A stretch of 64,000 nucleotides of DNA from Octopus sinensis. Lineage: Eukaryota. Both the position numbers and the translations under genes were made by a program. The notes beneath the pieces were generated by a model. It saw nothing but the letters and a program-made list of their open reading frames with translations, searched no databases and had not been told where the DNA came from. The stretch covers positions 42,036,001-42,100,000 of the forward strand of contig NC_043004.1 of NCBI RefSeq assembly GCF_006345805.1, given 5' to 3'. This document shows positions 1 through 14,660 of the stretch, piece after piece; position 1 is the stretch's first letter, and every line of letters starts with the position of its first letter.

Positions 1-7
1 ATATATG

Positions 8-56
<49 letters not shown>

Positions 57-468
57 TATATATATAGGCATATATACGTATGCGCAAACACACACATACA
101 CACTAGCACATACACACCACACATACACACACACATACACACAACACACATATACACACACAGCACACATATAAAATCGAGTGATATGAACGATAAAATG
201 TGGCATTATGCGAGAATGGCGATAAAAATCCCAACATTTTACCACTTACCGAATATATGATTGGATATTTTCCGTCAGATAATGACATGTATTATGGAAC
301 GTATAGCGTTTCTTATACTGAAATTGGCAATTCTTTTTCCAGTGTTTGGAAATTCATTTAGAGATATCCGGGACCATTCTCATAAAGAAATATAAGTAGA
401 TTACTCTGTAGAACGCTGCAAAACACTCACACACGCGCGTGTAAGTATATGTATATATATATATGTTT

Positions 469-527
<59 letters not shown>

Positions 528-613
528 ATATATATATATATATATAAACATATATATATGTGTATTATATATATAATTTTACATATACATACATATACAT
601 ATATATTATATAT

Positions 614-644
<31 letters not shown>

Positions 645-906
645 TATGTATATATATATATATATATACATATATATATTATATATATAAACATATATAT
701 ATATATATATACTTACATACCTACATATTATATACATATGCTTATACATAATACATATATATATGTATTATGTGTATATATATATATATTATGTATATAT
801 ATATATACAATATATATATATATATAATATATATATTAATATATATATATATATAATATATATGTGTGTGTGTGTATGTATGTATATATGTATGTATATA
901 TGTATA

Positions 907-939
<33 letters not shown>

Positions 940-950
940 ATATGTATTCA
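1..950. repeat. Compound (TA)n/(CA)n/(TG)n microsatellite region
   Basis: Long TA, CA and TATG runs read directly; the YI/VC-rich ORFs here are their translations. Confidence 0.95.
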
Positions 951-2029
951 AACACTTTCCGCAACGGTAATTTATAAGTAACAGTGAATGCAACCCTATT
1001 ATATATTTGAGTAGGATATATGATTTCGTTAAGGCTTCCTATGTCAGAGCCATTTTCTATGCGAAATTGTTTATGACACAGTTTTGGTCTTAATACTATA
1101 CAAGATGGAATTGATTAATGAAATTTCTTATATCAAAATGAGAAGCCGGACAATATTCTAACTTTAAACGAAGATTGTAAATAATCTCGAAGTTGGAATT
1201 AAAAATGGTAATTTGGCATTACCTGAGATCTATTGTTACTTTATGTCCTTCAATTTGAATATAATTATCTTTGAATTTAATTTATCATCGACTACTTAAT
1301 TGCTAAACCATGAAATGTTACTATTTTGCTGAAACTATGGCCGACAAGGCTCTATAATTATAAAAATATAGCTGGGCTATATAAAATATTTGAAGAAAAG
1401 CATTGAATTTTAAATTAACTATATTTACGTTACAAGCGTTAATGTACGTGTTTTGTGAGTGTCCGTGTTTTGTGAGTGTCCGTGTGTGTGTGAGAGTTTG
1501 TGTTTGTGTATGGGTGTATATATATGCATGTTTATTATTTACAAAATATCAATCTACAAGAATATCGGATGATGGTTGATTGCGGCTGTGATTGGAGCGA
1601 AGGATTCTGTAGTATTTATAAGCTTTGAAAAGATAATAGAAAGAAGTGGTTCGGTGTCGGATCGATTAGCTGGGACTGGTAATTGTATTTTAGAATTTAA
1701 ACTAAGAACAATATGTATTAGAGTAAACTATCTTATTCTGGGAATATAGTCGACTGAATGAAATCAGTAAAACAATCCTGGGATATAAATCTACAACAGT
1801 TACAATGACACGTGCAACATAATCGCCCGGAACTATGCATTTATATTATGTTTTGCATACATACAAGCGTGAAGTATACTACGATGAAGCATCAGTGTAG
1901 TCAATCACTGGGCACTTGTTCGTACAACAGAAGCAAGCAAAACCTGCTTTGAATTTTACCCTACCAGGCTTTGAAAAGAAAGGATGCATTGAATAACATG
2001 CTTGTAGATGTGGTTTATATATGGCTCTT

Positions 2030-2168
2030 TACCTTCGACTTTGCCTTTCATTCTTTTGGGGTCGATAAATTAAGTACCAGTTACGCACTGGGGTCGATGT
2101 AATCGACTTTATCCCTTTGTCTGTTCTTGTTTGTTCCCTCTATGTTTAGCCCCTTGTGGGCAATAAAG
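2030..2168 (+). mobile_element. 5'-truncated SINE family A copy
   Basis: Same core as the full copy at 44393-44621 (tcgactttgcctttca...ggggtcgataaattaagtaccagttacgcactggggtcgatgtaatcgact...tttagccccttgtggg). Confidence 0.85.
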
Positions 2169-2526
2169 ACATATCTTTACGTATTGCCAGACGGTCTTAG
2201 CAGTGGAAAATGTCTTAATTAGGTATTCGTAGTCTACTTCCCGCAGCTTCTTTCAAAACTAGTTCTTCTGATGTCTGATAAGTAAGTTCTGCTGTAAAGT
2301 CTGAAAGCAAGGAAGGTGCTCCAGAGCTATGGTAATCTGTCTTACATTGCAGTTTTGCTACGAGGGCCAGAGTAATTTTTTTCCTCGAGTTCTTTGCTGT
2401 TCTATCTTCAGCTAACTTTTCCCAAGCTTTGCATCGATGTAGCAGCTATATCTCAATATAAAATAAGATTGGATTATTACAGTTAGAGCTCGATCCGAGT
2501 AGCTGTATAACTGAATAAACATCAAC

Positions 2527-2527
2527 C

Positions 2528-2579
<52 letters not shown>

Positions 2580-2615
2580 GCAGCAGCAGCAGCAGCAACA
2601 ACAACAACAACAACA
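2527..2615. repeat. (CAA)n/(CAG)n trinucleotide microsatellite
   Basis: Seen directly; source of the poly-C and poly-L ORFs. Confidence 0.95.
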
Positions 2616-3335
2616 GAAATGCATTGGTATTATCGATGGATGTATACGTAGTTGTAAATATGACATATCGCAATATGAAATAAAACTGGATGGTCACCAC
2701 TGGAACTCATTCGATCGTAAGTCACCTCAATCCAAGAAGATATATATATATAACTAAAAAATCGGCAGCCAAAAACAGCAGCAAGACATCGGTTCTGTCG
2801 ATGGATGTCTGCTAAAGAATTCTTCAAACATTTGAAATGCTATGTCAGTAGAAGTCAATCGAACCAATAGAGGTAAAGTATAGAAATCAATTCAATAGAA
2901 AATACACGAATATATAGAACTGTATACGCATAAAATCATGATTAGTTACATATACAAACGAACATAACTGAAAGCAAACACACATACAAACAACACACAA
3001 ACACGCACATTCACACACAAACACACATGATCGCGCAAACACACGTCTGTATATCTATCTATCCATCTATCTATCTATCTATCTATCCTATTCGTTCACT
3101 CTCTACCTACGCTTTTGTTCCGGTATGTGTGTGACGCTTATATTCAAACGTACAAACACCCCCATAGACATAAGCATAGATTTAAATGTACGTATTTGTT
3201 TCTACGTACGTATGTTTCATTGTATACATGTATGTATATGTTTTTTATGTATATATATGTATATATTATTATATATATATATATTATAATATATATATAT
3301 ATATCCTATATGTATATGTTTGATATATATATGTA

Positions 3336-3368
<33 letters not shown>

Positions 3369-6300
3369 GTATATGTGTGTGTATATAAGTTGGCATTAGG
3401 ACTGTACAAGCGAGAGAGAAATGAGTAGAAAAGAAAGAAGATATCAATTTCTGTCTAAGAGTGAGTATAGTTGTTTACAAAAACACACCAAATAACTATG
3501 TAATGCAATAGAGACAAACGAATTAACTTTTCGTTGAGGTTTTCAAAAGTTAGCTTTCATCTTACTGGAAGTAATTCAGAAACGTACCAGTGCAGGTCGA
3601 GTCTTTTGATCTTTTGTTGTTGTTGTTCTTCTTCTTCTTCGTGACCATTAGTGAGAAATATTCTTTTCAGCGGTAACTAGCTCGCCAGCGTTGGAGCCTC
3701 TGCTTTATTCTGTCGCTCAGGCTGACAGAAATAGCAGTTACATCGCCTTCTCTCCTCTACCGTCTTACTATCACAAGAGAGCAGCAAATTATGTAGTTCT
3801 ATGATCGGAAAAATTCAAACAATGAGGTAAAGAAACAAACTAAAACGGACTGAACGCAGCTGGAACCCGTTTGATCATAGTTCTACTTGATCAGGGCTAA
3901 CCTGAAGGCTAAACGGCAACAACAATAAAATCAACAAGAACCACAACAGCAATAACAACCTATGTTCTTTTCCATTATTTTAATTGAACAAATATTTCGT
4001 TCTAACAGAGTTGCTAAACTTAAGATATTTAGTTATTTCTGTAGTTTTAGTTTAGTTGTTTTTGATGTTATTTCGGTTGCTCTTTTCTTTTCTGTAGTTT
4101 TGATCAAGCAAACCTATGTTTGCTTGATATCCAGTGTATCTTGTACGATTTGAGAATTATTTTCTTTCTGTCTCTATCAAGGGTATAGACCTATACAAAT
4201 GCTTTCTCCTTGTTATTTTCATTTGGAAAAAGTTGTTTTAGTGTTGTGACTTCCATTACTTGTAAATCCACAAGAATACCATATATGTAATGAAATGGTT
4301 TCCTGGACGTGTAATTAAAAAATCTAATGTGTAACTAAAAAAAGCTAACGTGTAATTAAAAAGGCTAATTCCAGCATTCACTCAGTATTTATTTGGACCT
4401 CTTTATTAAGGCTTGCGAAACTGCGGCTCTTGAACCAAATACGACACTTTGGTATTTAATGTAATGCTTGTGGAAATATATGTTGGCTGAGCTTCCTTTC
4501 GTAATTATGTTTAATATATAAACTAAATATGGTTTCTATATTTCTTAATTATTTATTGAGAATCCTCACTGGCTTGAAATTTAACTTGGATGGTAAGTCA
4601 TTTTATTATTTAAGCTCTGATTTTAATTGGAGATCTGAGTTAAACTTTGGTCTTGAGTGTTGACTGAAGAGATGAATGGTGGAGGAAGGACCAATGGCAC
4701 TTCAAATCAGTAAGGATTGTCAGATAGCTAAGGTCGTAAGTCGGGTGTTGAAGATTTGAGTTTACTGGGGATATGAGTCTGATCAATCGTAGCTCAGTTA
4801 ATTTCATCAGGCCTCAGTTGTGTTTTCTATTGTATAATATGCATAAACACAAAACACTGAACAAATATGTATTTAATTTATATTCTGTTTTACTATATTA
4901 AAAATGCTTCTGATGTATTTTTGACTTCAATATTTAAAAAGTATTCTTAAACTACATTCTTAAACTATATATGACTGCTACTAATTTTCCGGTGCACCCA
5001 AATATTTAACCATTGACTCTTAACCTCAGTTACGTAACTTTCTTTATCAACTCATGCGGATCTTAGATATCTTTCACCCGTCTTCTTTTCTTCATTTCTA
5101 TAACACTGAAGAACACAGGATTACCTAGATCTACCATTGACATTTATTATTTAATTTTGTATCTGTTGCACGTGTTTAAATCGTAAATCCATAATTAGCA
5201 ATGATTTTTACGCAATATTTGTAACAGTTTCACTCTTGGAATATTTCGTCATTCACCAAAACTTTTTTAAAATTTCGCTAAAGCTTGTCAACCACGGACG
5301 TTTACGATCCGAATAAATGAATCTCTACATGTTTATCTCACTATCAAATCACATTCTGCCATCTTAGGAACGGGTGTTTTAGATAATGGAGGCCTATGTT
5401 TTGCACACGTATAAAACGTGATAGTTACAACCGAAAAAACCTGTGCTCTAAACAGTGATAAACAACAAGAGCAACATCAACAATAACAACAAAACAACAA
5501 CACTTGAGCCTGCATGTGGTCGATCATAGTAGTCCGAGCTTTCTCAGCAAATAATACGCCTGTCACTTGGTTTGTTAAAAATTCCCAACAGAAATGTAAA
5601 AATGGTGAAAATATCTTTTGAATATTTACAAGAGAGATCGAAATAAAAAGTGGAGTAGCTTTGATCAACTCACTTCACATTCTTAACCCTTGTTCTTAAA
5701 CATCTGAGACAGACAAAATTATATATATGTACTTTAATTTGTAGAAAACTCCGATGTTTGAGGACCTGGTCAGCAGATTTTGTTTATAAGTATTTGTGTA
5801 TACATTCTATGTAGAAAGACGTCACCAAATTGTAAGAAACGAAATTATGAAGACGAAAACAAAATAGATAGAGGGCGGCAGTAGTAAGATTTTGCATTTT
5901 CTGCTAAGGGAGATAAATCCCTCCGCCTTCTCTTTCGTATGTCACCTCAACTGCTCAAGAAGTAAATGGAAACGCGCATATGAAGTAGATAAGAAAAAAA
6001 AAAACTCAAGTCGTAGGGTTATCCATCTAACTGTTAAATCATCACTAATCTATTAGTAACTGTGGAATTTCTTCAGTTATTTTGAAAGGGTTGGGAGTTT
6101 ATTGAGTATCCTGAAATACATAATTTCTTATGAAATAGTATTTTATTAGGAGACATTTGATGCTTTAGAATGATATAAATCATACGTAATATCGAATGTG
6201 CAGTCATAGGAGACGGTATCTCTGAAAGCTGTAGGCCTTGTCATAGTCATGCCACTGCTTCTATTTTCAGAGTTATCAATTTTTTTTTTTACTTTACGTC

Positions 6301-6656
6301 AAAAAGTAAACAGTCTTAAACTATGGAACGAAATGGAAAACGTTATCTTATTCTGCTACAGTAAAATTATGTTGGTAAAGCTTTAAAACACCGTAATATG
6401 CTACACTGCATCCTTATTTTCTTATCAGGTAAAAGTTGAAAAGGTTAAAATGTTCGCCTCGTAGCTATGTGGATCTTTATTCCGTTAAATTGTTTATCAC
6501 CTTCGGCAAAGTCTTCTGCTCCGGCTTCGAGGTGATTAATGCCTTGAGTGTTAAATACCACACACACACCCACGCCCAAACACACACGCACACACACACT
6601 CTCCCACACATACTGACACGGACACACACACACACATACATACATACATAATATAC

Positions 6657-6798
<142 letters not shown>

Positions 6799-6862
6799 AA
6801 ACACACACACCCACACAACATACTCACCTACACATACTGACACGGACACACACATACAAACA

Positions 6863-6895
<33 letters not shown>

Positions 6896-7167
6896 ATATA
6901 CATATATATATATATACATACATATACATATATATATATATACATACACACATACACAAACACACACACCCACACAAACATACTCACCTACACATACTGA
7001 CACGGACACACACATACAAACAATATATATATATATATATATATTATATATACATATACATATATATAAAATACATATATATATACATACATATATATAT
7101 ATACATATATATATACACATATATATACATATACACACGCACATACACATACACACACACATATATG

Positions 7168-8398
7168 CGCTGGGTGTTAGGGATAATATTGACAGCTTGC
7201 AGAAAAAAAACAAAACAATATCCCAACGAAAAATAAAAACATCTAAATAGGCCAAAATACATCAATTAAATCATAAATCGGAGATAACAATTTACTCAAA
7301 GTAGCTGCCCTCAGCTTCCATCTTGGCCTCTTGATGGGCACAGAAACTGGCGCATGCATCCCTCACTATATTCCTGGGAAGATATTCGAACACTTCCTTG
7401 ATGTTGGCTAACAGCGCGACTTTGGTGTTGCAAGCAAAGCGGTTGGTGTCTTTCAAAACATAGTAATCGATGGGATTAGAACTGGAAGAAATAGAAGACC
7501 AGGCATTAGGGCAGATGAAGCGTTTGTAATTCTCCAACAGATACTTCTGAATCTTTCCTGAGGTAATGCCAAGGACCAGAATTCTGTTGCCACATAAATG
7601 ACCTTCCAACAGAAAGCATCTCCAGCCAGGGTTTGACTGCGATCTCCTGCAACTGCACAGGGTCGTCTGAATTAAGCCTAAGATCCTGAATTAGGACTAA
7701 GACTATGTTGTTGGATGAATTCCAGCTTGAGGGAGCAGTTAGAACGCCTGTTGTGTCAATTCCTATAGGCTACAATTTCGTACTCACCGTTGTATCCGCC
7801 ATCCCCATGTCTTACATTTACAGTGTATACGTAGCATTGAATAGCAGTCATGACGTCAGCATTCGGATGTCTGGCGCGAATCATCTTGGTAGACGTAACG
7901 TTTTTTTTAATACTCTAGTGCCATGGCTCAGTGGTTAGAGCGTCGAGCTTACGATCGTGAGGTTGTGAGCTCGAATCCCGGACCGGGCTGCGTGTTGTGT
8001 TCTTGAGCAAGGCACTTTATTTCACGTTGCTCCAGTTCACTCAGCTGTAGAAATGAGTTGCGACGTCACTGGTGCCAAGCTGTATCGACCTTTGTCTTTC
8101 CCTTGGATAACACTGGTGGCGTGGAGAGAGGAGGCTGGTATGCATGGGCGACTGCTGGTCTTCCATAAACAATCTTGCCCGGACTTGTGTCTTGGAGGGT
8201 AACTTTCTAGGTGCAATCCCATGGTCATTCATGACCGAAGGGGGTCTTTTAGTGCCCCTTGTCAGCTAGGTTTTTCTAAAGTACAATTTTGATCTTTGTT
8301 TTCCAACGTCGTTGACTGTTCACCAATACGTCAAGCTCTTCCTGAAATAAGCAGGTATAGAAGACCTCCAAATTTAGCCAGGCCACTCAATATTTGTG
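7168..8398 (-). mobile_element. Internally deleted Tc1/mariner DD37D (maT-like) DNA transposon relic, interrupted by a SINE
   Basis: Minus-strand translation gives LRLNSDD..VKPWLEMLSVGRSFMWQQNS, then the ORF track 7292-7609 (..NPIDYYV..KDTNR..ACASF..EAEGSYFE). This matches the C-terminus of DD37D transposases. An N-terminal piece (MIRARH..HNRRSNC) lies at 7720-7890. TIR-like end at 7168 (ctgggtgttagggataatattgacag). Confidence 0.75.
7923..8249 (+). mobile_element. tRNA-derived SINE with CORE-like central domain (family D)
   Basis: tRNA-like head with A box (tggctcagtgg) and B box-like (gctcgaatccc), central gtgttcttgagcaaggcacttt..cagctgtagaaatgag, flanked by a 7-bp duplication tagtgcc (7916-7922 / 8250-8256). 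Confidence 0.85.
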
Positions 8399-8460
8399 TA
8401 CATACATACATACATACATACATACATACAAACATACATACATACATACATACATACATG

Positions 8461-8770
8461 CAAAAGAAAATGAGAACACCTCTGCTGAACTATTGAGAAA
8501 TCTGCAGTTACTCTACCCAGGTTACAAGTTCAGGTTTATACCTGTAATTATTGGGGCCCCTGGGATATGTGACACACTGCCCAAATACCAATCTTGAGAA
8601 TTTAGGCTTCTCAAAACCAGAAAAGAGAAAGCTACTTCGAAGACTACAGATCCAATCCATCACTGGAACTGCAAAAATCTGTAAAACTTACCAGAAGTTT
8701 ATCATTTTTATCACTTAAATATATATGGAGCATGTCTAGATGTGCAACTACATGCATGAGAATATATACA
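8461..8770 (+). mobile_element. 3' end of an RLE-type (Dong/R4-like) LINE
   Basis: Translation KENENTSAELLRNLQLLYPGYKFRFIPVIIGAPG..LQIQSITGTAKICK resembles the C-terminal restriction-like endonuclease tail (..IPVIIGALG..) of R4/Dong elements; one frameshift. Confidence 0.75.
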
Positions 8771-10461
8771 TATATAAAAATATGATCACATACGGTCGTA
8801 TCGTATAAGAGACAGTCGCACGCGATCCCATTCTTAATAATACTTTACTGACCAGTTTTACATGCAGCGGCAAAACACAAGTGTGGAATGACAACAAGGT
8901 TTCTTTTTGAGATATATACATTATTTATTTTACATATTTTACAATCATGCTTGATGTTGGAAGTTTGTAAGTGTTAGCATGTTTTTGTGTCTGTGTGTTC
9001 GTGAGGCTTAAAAGGTACTGACCAGTGAAATGACGATGGAATTTGGTTCACAGTTCATGTTGTTGGTATCAGCCTGGCAACAGGTAATAACAGATGGCTT
9101 AAGGTAGTTCTTAGAAGAAACTAGAACCCAAGAACAGATAATTGATTTACCGTTTATGAGGTACAGTGTAAGAGTTCCATATCAAGAGGTTGCGTCTCGT
9201 AGTTGAGATTAATTGAATCACTCGTTGTGTTTATCTTTCTCTTGATATGAATATACTTCCAGATATATTAACTGTAGCCGTTTTCCCGTGGTGATATTTT
9301 TACCTAACCGCTATAGTTGAATCTGTAGTTGTCTTGTGTACAAATTAAACCTTCGATGTTCGGCGATGAGTTGTTTTTGTCGCTTGGTTTTTGCTGCGTC
9401 TTCATTATATATTCTGCTTGGTTATTTTTCTCTAGTTATAGATATCTTGTAACCGTGCTTTTCGTGGTGATATTTTCACCCTAACAGTATGAGAGGTATC
9501 TGTAACATCTTGTATTAATGGTGGTCGCCTGCCTTTCGAACTGGAACTTGGTCGAGTATGCTCTGTGTGGTCAGAGGTTCGCCCTGAGAAGGACTAGAAA
9601 CCTAAGACGAATACTTGGCTGAGAACCCTTGTTTTATAAGCTTTATGTGGCTCCCAATGAACTTCAGAAATGGAAAGCTGTGATTGGCTGCTTGGAGCTA
9701 TGGCGCGAAAATAAGCGGAGGCAAATCGCGTCACGTGATAACCAGCGGTGCGAACGTAGTAGAGACCACGTGTCAACCAATCGAATTAGTGTTTACAACA
9801 TGTTGAACTAGCCGAAGATGTTTGTAATCTCGAACGAGAGTATCTTAATACTCTTCTCAACAGTGAAGATAGCAATGAGAGAACGATATTGCTACTATGC
9901 CTCTTGCAACATTTTCTCTACGACAAAACGGCGATACCATTGATATATATATATATAATTATTGTTTTTTTTTTGGTTTTTCTAAAAAGTTCCTCCTTCA
10001 TCGCGTCACTTGTGTCATTCCGTAACTTATTCACCGTTGGCCGCGCAGTATATCAGATGCCTGCGTATTAAAGGGGTCATCATTATAAAATAGTCAGCAA
10101 TCGATTAGTGTTTACAACAATGTTGAACTAGCCGAAGATGTTTGTAATCTCGAACGAGAGTATTCTTAATACTCTTCTCAAACAGTGAAGATAGCAATGA
10201 GAGAACGATATTGCTACACATACATACATACTTACATACATACACTATTGTTGATGTTGAAATGAAGGAGTCTTGGATCTAGGTTAGAAAGCGGTTCTTT
10301 CTCTATTGGCAAGAAATTTTGAAATAAACTTAACACATACACACGCGCTCACAGTGACACACACCACACACATGATTCTTTTTGCAATGCAATGAATTAT
10401 AATCCTTTCTACTATAGGCACAATGCCTGACATTTGGTTGGCGGAGAATAGTCAATTACAT

Positions 10462-11125
10462 TGTAACCGATGGAGTACTTGTTCACACACACACACACAC
10501 ACACATTTACCCCATTATAAATGCGGGGACAGACACAATGAGAAGACCAATGGAAAAACGGGGCCGCTGTTCCAAATTTAACAGGCCGTTCACCCTGTTA
10601 CCAGCCAACACTGTTAAGTCTGACTTTGCAGATCAGTTCAGTGTAGCGCCAGAAGGTGTAATCGATATCACTGAGGTGGTCTGTGAGAGAGTAACAACCC
10701 ACTGCGTAACGAGAAAAGGATCTTAGGCAGGGCAAAGCAATTCATTCTTTCTTCCTTCTCCTCTCAGAAGGTCGCAATGGCCCTCGTGTCTCACTCGGCC
10801 CTGTTGGCTCCTCACAATGCTTGCTGGTCCGCCTTCCTGCCTGTTGAAATAATCTCGTGGTTTCCTCTCTACATTCGGCCTGTTCCAGTACTTTCCATGC
10901 ATAAGCAGACAAGCCCTTGCACACCAGTGGTTTAAAGCATTCGGCTACCCTCACCAAGGTTTTAGTGGCCTGTCGAAGCCACTAACCAGGGTGTGGCTGA
11001 ATTTGCATGCAGAGCAGCTACGGGTGAGGAGCCACAGTTGAGAGCTTCTCAGGTGAGGACCGAGGCGGATGAACTACTCCGAAAGGCCCCATATGTTCCT
11101 CCCACGCTCGAGAGACAGAGATTGG
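10462..11125. mobile_element. Possible LTR-retrotransposon relic (LTR-like start plus degenerate internal sequence)
   Basis: Begins TGTAACCG, carries a TATA-like tataaat, and is GC-richer than its flanks; weak FGL..STF and FSGLSKPLT peptides recall Gypsy RT. No second LTR was found. Confidence 0.3.
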
Positions 11126-11149
11126 GAGGTAGGTAAACAAATAGACTGA

Positions 11150-11261
11150 AAAACGGACAGGAGGATAGATAGCTAGATAGATAGATAAACAGACAAACAA
11201 ACAGTCAGACAGATAGGCTCACAGATAGATAAATAGATAGATAGATTGATAGATAGATAGA

Positions 11262-11304
<43 letters not shown>

Positions 11305-11312
11305 TAGATAGC

Positions 11313-11365
<53 letters not shown>

Positions 11366-11366
11366 T
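11150..11366. repeat. (GATA)n/(GACA)n microsatellite
   Basis: Seen directly. Confidence 0.9.
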
Positions 11367-11771
11367 GAAAGAGAGAATAGAATGGGTGTTTGAGGGTGTC
11401 TAATACATAGATTCAAATTAAGACATCTAGAAAGAGAGAAAGAGGGAGAGAGAGAGGAGTGAGAGAGAATGAGTGATAGAGACCGATAGCTAAACGCTTC
11501 AACATAAGCACACGCACATTCTCTCACACACAAAACCCCAGAAACATTAGACACTTATAACCGGAGATGCGGGTGGTCACGTGTTGGAAACAATATGTGT
11601 AAAATATCGAACATCTAATTGAGAACGTTTTAGTGTAGAAATATCTTTTAAAATGCTAAACATTAGAAATACCATGCTCTAGAAGTATATCGAGCATCGA
11701 ATGACGAATGTTGCTTTATTATAGAATTAACTTTTTAAATGCTCAGACATTTTGAGCAACAAACATTTTTT

Positions 11772-12189
11772 CGATCTTTTCGATTTGAACGGCAGTTTTT
11801 AACATAATTTCTAGGTAACTAAAAATTTTTAAACTTCGTATACTGGTAGAATGTGTTTATAAAATATCTTTTTCTCTTGGCTTTATTGAGAAAATTCTAA
11901 GGTTTGTAAGATATTTGTTGTTTTTTTCTTCAATTTCTGCAATTTCAACCAATCAGTGACGTCTATTGAGTTAAAAAGCATTCTGTGCCGTATGAATATG
12001 TACCTCGTTTAAGAAACAGATTGGGTTTATTTACACTTGTGAAGAAAAAAAAGATACCATTCCCCACCCCTAACCCTAACCCTAAAAGAGATTGAAATGC
12101 AATAGATCGATTCAAGGGTCATAATTATGGGTGACAATTTTACATGACACCGCTAGAAAAAAAAACTGCCGTTCAAACCGAGAAGATAC
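11772..12189 (+). mobile_element. MITE (about 420 bp), TIR GGATCTTTTCGGTTTGAACGGCAG, internal CCCTAA repeats
   Basis: Terminal inverted repeats; 8-bp TSD catttttt (11764-11771 / 12190-12197); homologous to 16085-16511 and 38184-38610. Confidence 0.9.
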
Positions 12190-12522
12190 CATTTTTTAAT
12201 TAAAATACTTGCCGTACGTACATAATATATTGAAAACCGAATGAAGAATAAATGTTGCTTCAATACGTAAACTTTTGAAATGCTCATTTTAAGAGGAAAA
12301 CTTATTTTTAATGAAGATACTCACCACGTTCATTGAATGAAGAATACATGCTGATTTATTATAGAAGTAACTTGAACAGATGCTCAAACTAAATTCTCAT
12401 TAAAATTCTCACCATGCCTATAGTCATATTCTTTTGTCAATTGCTTGAATTATATGCTAAATAACAATTATTTTGATTGTTATTTAACGTTATTGTTATT
12501 TCTCTTTACAGAATTATTTACC

Positions 12523-12922
12523 ACTAGCAGTATCGCCCGGCGTTGCTCGAGTTTGTAAGGGAAATAACTATATAAGCATTTTTAGAGATGTAAAGTATAA
12601 TAGACATCTCAATATGGCTAACCACAAAGAGGGGGGTGTGTTACTGTAGCTTTTTACGTTCTGAGATTTAATAATAAATTTTTAGAGAGCTACTTCCCTT
12701 ATATATGCCAAAAATGCATTAAAAATGGGAAAAATTGATGGTAATTTTTTTTTTAATCGTAGACTCATCGTAGAAGCGCGCTAATACCCAGAAGGGCTCG
12801 ATATGAATCACGACTATAAGATACCCGGTTTTGGTTAAACTGCACCGCAAAATGTGGGAGTAGTTAGGAATCTAAATCGTAGGAGACAGACAGCACACAA
12901 CCTCACTTTTATGTATAAAGAT
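12523..12922 (+). mobile_element. Non-autonomous Helitron/Helentron (DINE-1/HINE-like) element
   Basis: 5' actagcagtatcgcccggcgttgctcg and 3' cacttttatgtataaagat termini resemble this class of non-autonomous rolling-circle element. Confidence 0.6.
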
Positions 12923-13539
12923 TAGTTATTCTGCTGAAATATATTCAGTGTGAGTAATATTTCTGGTTGTGCCCCACCAGATTTCCTGTACTAGAATCAC
13001 CTGGTTAAAATTTCATACGGTTACAGTAACACTACCGTGCATTTTGTGACTATGTTATGCGACCAGCCAGCATGTTACATTGGGTGCTTAAGAACTCAAA
13101 GGTGCATAAAACATCCCCACAAACACTGAAAACAAGGTGAAGATGACTCTCACTTCACACTAGTCTTCAGCTGCTTGGATACGCCTCCTGGTGCACACAT
13201 TCCCTAACCTCTTATCACCGTGAAAGGTTGAAAGAGACTGAAGATTTTCGGAACTAAAACCCTCGAGAAACTTTATATTATGATGTCATAATCACAAACA
13301 GGAAAAATAAAAATTCTTTGGTCAAGACGAACGATACTTAAATCTCATAAACACACAAATACACACACATACAGTCCTACACAAACGCACAGTCACACGA
13401 ATACAAACACAAACACATTTATACGCACACACTCACACACACAAATCACACATATACACACTCACTCACACACACACATATATACAGAATCCGCCCTCAA
13501 AATGTATACACACTTCAGGGAAGGAATATATATATATAT

Positions 13540-13690
13540 ATGCGACAACTTTCGGTTTCCATCTACCAAAACCTCTCACATGGCTCTGGTCAGTCTGAGG
13601 TTATAGTAGAAGAAACTTGTCCAAGGTGCCACGCACTGGAATTGAAGCCGGAACCACGTCGTTCGGAAGGACACTTCTTACCGCATGGCC
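13540..13690 (-). mobile_element. SINE family B 5' half
   Basis: Reverse complement of the head and core of the copy at 45001 (ggttccggcttcaattccagtgcgtggcaccttggacaag...ttttggtagatggaaac). Confidence 0.85.
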
Positions 13691-13695
13691 ATACG

Positions 13696-13776
<81 letters not shown>

Positions 13777-14331
13777 ATGTATGTATGTATATATATATTC
13801 ACATACATACGTAAACACACACACACAAACACAAACACAAATTACATATAGACAGAATATCTTACCGTTTTCCCGCCCTTATAATCGAAAATACAGTTCA
13901 GATAGTAGGATAAAATTCTTAAGTAATTCAAACCCAAGAAATATATGTATTAGAGAGACGGGGTGCAGAAGGTGAGAGGGAATAAGGAAATGAGAGGAAG
14001 AATAGAGAAAGACGCAGAGGCGTTACACTCATACATCTTGTTTCGTCGTCCTTTTCCCTCTTTGCATTTTAATCCTCCTCTTCTCTCTGCAACTTTTTCC
14101 ATTCAGCATTATTACATTATCAATGTTAACCTGACAGCCAAATTTTGCGTCACTACGGCTATCATAACTATTTACGTTTTGATCTGAGTCATTTCCTCTA
14201 CCGTTATGCAAAAGGTACATAAGAAGAACAGACCGTCATAAGCATAAAGAATATATATATATATATATATTTATTAGAAGGTTTGGAGATGATGTACAGG
14301 TATTATATATTAGAAGAAATAAGGTACTCAG

Positions 14332-14518
14332 AAATCTGGATGGTTTTATATTTACAGATTTTTATTTATATGTCACATGTTTTTTTATAAATCATATATT
14401 AGCGCTTGCATCCACTCTAGTGGATTCTTCACTAGAGTGGATGCAAGTGCTAATATATGATTTGTAAAAACACGTGACATATTAATAAAAATCTGTAAAT
14501 ATAAAATCATCCAGATTT
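14332..14518. repeat. Near-perfect palindrome (about 90-bp arms, 7-nt spacer gattctt)
   Basis: Left arm 14332-14422 is the reverse complement of right arm 14430-14518 with few mismatches. Confidence 0.95.
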
Positions 14519-14614
14519 ATATATATACTTTGATACTTTGATACTTTGATAGGTTTCGGCCATTATTGGCCCAGGCCATGTCTAACTTAATAGCACCACC
14601 TGGTGCTATTATAT

Positions 14615-14660
<46 letters not shown>

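Noticed and set aside
14553-14580. Minus-strand GGCC(aauaau)GGCC-GAAAC hammerhead half
   Set aside because: The CUGANGA core is truncated to CUG; counted only as a dead relic.
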